A stretch of 63,688 bases of DNA, the filler included, from Octopus bimaculoides (Eukaryota): the NCBI RefSeq assembly GCF_001194135.2. It is 5 parts of 5 records of this genome, joined end to end, with 100 filler letters (N's around TTAATTAATTAA, not from the genome) between each part and the next. Parts side by side here need not be neighbours in the genome. Positions count along the whole stretch, not along the records: positions 61,732 to 63,688 come from NC_068981.1; 4 more parts are not named here. The stretch is one strand, 5' to 3'. The notes under the pieces were generated by a model. The model worked only from the letters and a program-made list of their open reading frames with translations. It made no database searches and was not told where the DNA came from. A program made the translations under genes and the position numbers. Positions 63,031-63,688 of this stretch are shown here, one piece after another (positions within the stretch are counted from its first letter, which is position 1; each line of letters opens with the position of its first letter).

Positions 63031-63549
63031 TATCTGTAAAAGGATGTGACACTTATTCGGTAGCCATGATAAAACTCTGAGTTTCAGATGCCGGGGTGGG
63101 AACCCACGCCAACATCTCTTCAGTTAACCGGTCATTGAAAATTCCTGTGATGTTAAACAAAGGGAAATTACTGTGTGGTTGACAGTTATTAAGACAAAAG
63201 AGCTATAGATTGCTAAGTAAGGGTGGGTGAGCATGTGTGTGTGTGTTTCAAGCGAGGGTGGTTTAGTATATAAATATAGGCGAATGTACGGATTGGTGCG
63301 CTTATGCGAACACTATAGACTTCTCTGCTCCCTTACTTTTACCTCCTCCCCTTACTTAGCGATCTATAGTTCTTTTGTCCTAATAACGGTCAACCTCACA
63401 GTAATTTCCCTTTGGTTAACGGTCATTTTTCACAGCAATCTTCAATGGCCGGATAACTGAAGAGACGTTGGCGTGGGTTTCCACTCCGGCATCCGAAACT
63501 CGGAGTTTTATCATGGCTACTGAGTAAGTGTCACATATTTTTACAGATA
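63031..63549. mobile_element. Fold-back element with inverted arms of about 200 bp, each carrying a hammerhead-like motif
   Basis: 63031-63230 is the reverse complement of about 63340-63549 with scattered mismatches; the spacer is about 110 bp. Confidence 0.75.
63446..63519 (+). ncRNA. Type I hammerhead ribozyme-like fold (activity unproven)
   Basis: CUGAAGA 63457-63463, long stem II hairpin 63464-63493, GAAA 63495-63498, near-palindromic stem III ACUCGGAGU, GUU triplet, stem I GAUAA/UUAUC plus 6 more pairs. One extra nucleotide lies before GAAA. Confidence 0.4.
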
Positions 63550-63688
63550 CTCTTTTACTCTTTTACTTGTTTCAGTCATTTGACTGCGGCCATGCTGGAG
63601 CACCGCCTTTAGTCGAGCAAATCGACCCCAGGACTTATTCTTTGGAAGCCTAGTACTTATTCTATCGGTCTCTTTTGCCAAACTGCTA
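63550..63688 (-). mobile_element. SINE family B, 3' end, runs off the window
   Basis: tgtttcagtcatttgactgcggccatgctggagcaccgcctttagtcgagc. Confidence 0.85.

Overview
Eukaryotic, AT-rich draft-assembly sequence packed with microsatellites, SINEs and N gaps. The SINE families and simple-repeat load look like an octopus (coleoid cephalopod) genome; this is inferred from recalled repeat consensuses, not from a search. Only one convincing coding exon is visible: minus strand, 5572 to 4988, with a clean splice acceptor and a G/N/S/T-rich peptide carrying an IKSE motif. It is cut by an artificial join and I cannot name the gene. A 60-nt minus-strand exon candidate at 39402-39461 is phase-compatible with it. 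The rest is intronic or intergenic: three abundant SINE families plus variants, decayed RTE and R4/Dong LINE fragments, mariner, hAT and piggyBac-type MITEs, and Penelope-like relics. Four 100-bp gaps carry a synthetic TTAATTAATTAA linker and split the window into five blocks whose adjacency is unverified. The most notable observations are: (1) two fold-back elements whose arms carry hammerhead-ribozyme-like cores, one reconstructing to a canonical minimal hammerhead; (2) a sharply CpG-depleted block (49216-61631) bounded by two linker gaps; (3) a perfect 306-bp spacer-less palindrome beside a gap; (4) an R4/Dong fragment abutting its known (TAA)n target. I found no convincing novel multi-gene system, no CRISPR array and no genuine rRNA or tRNA gene. 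Almost all entries in the ORF track are microsatellite, N-gap or SINE artefacts.
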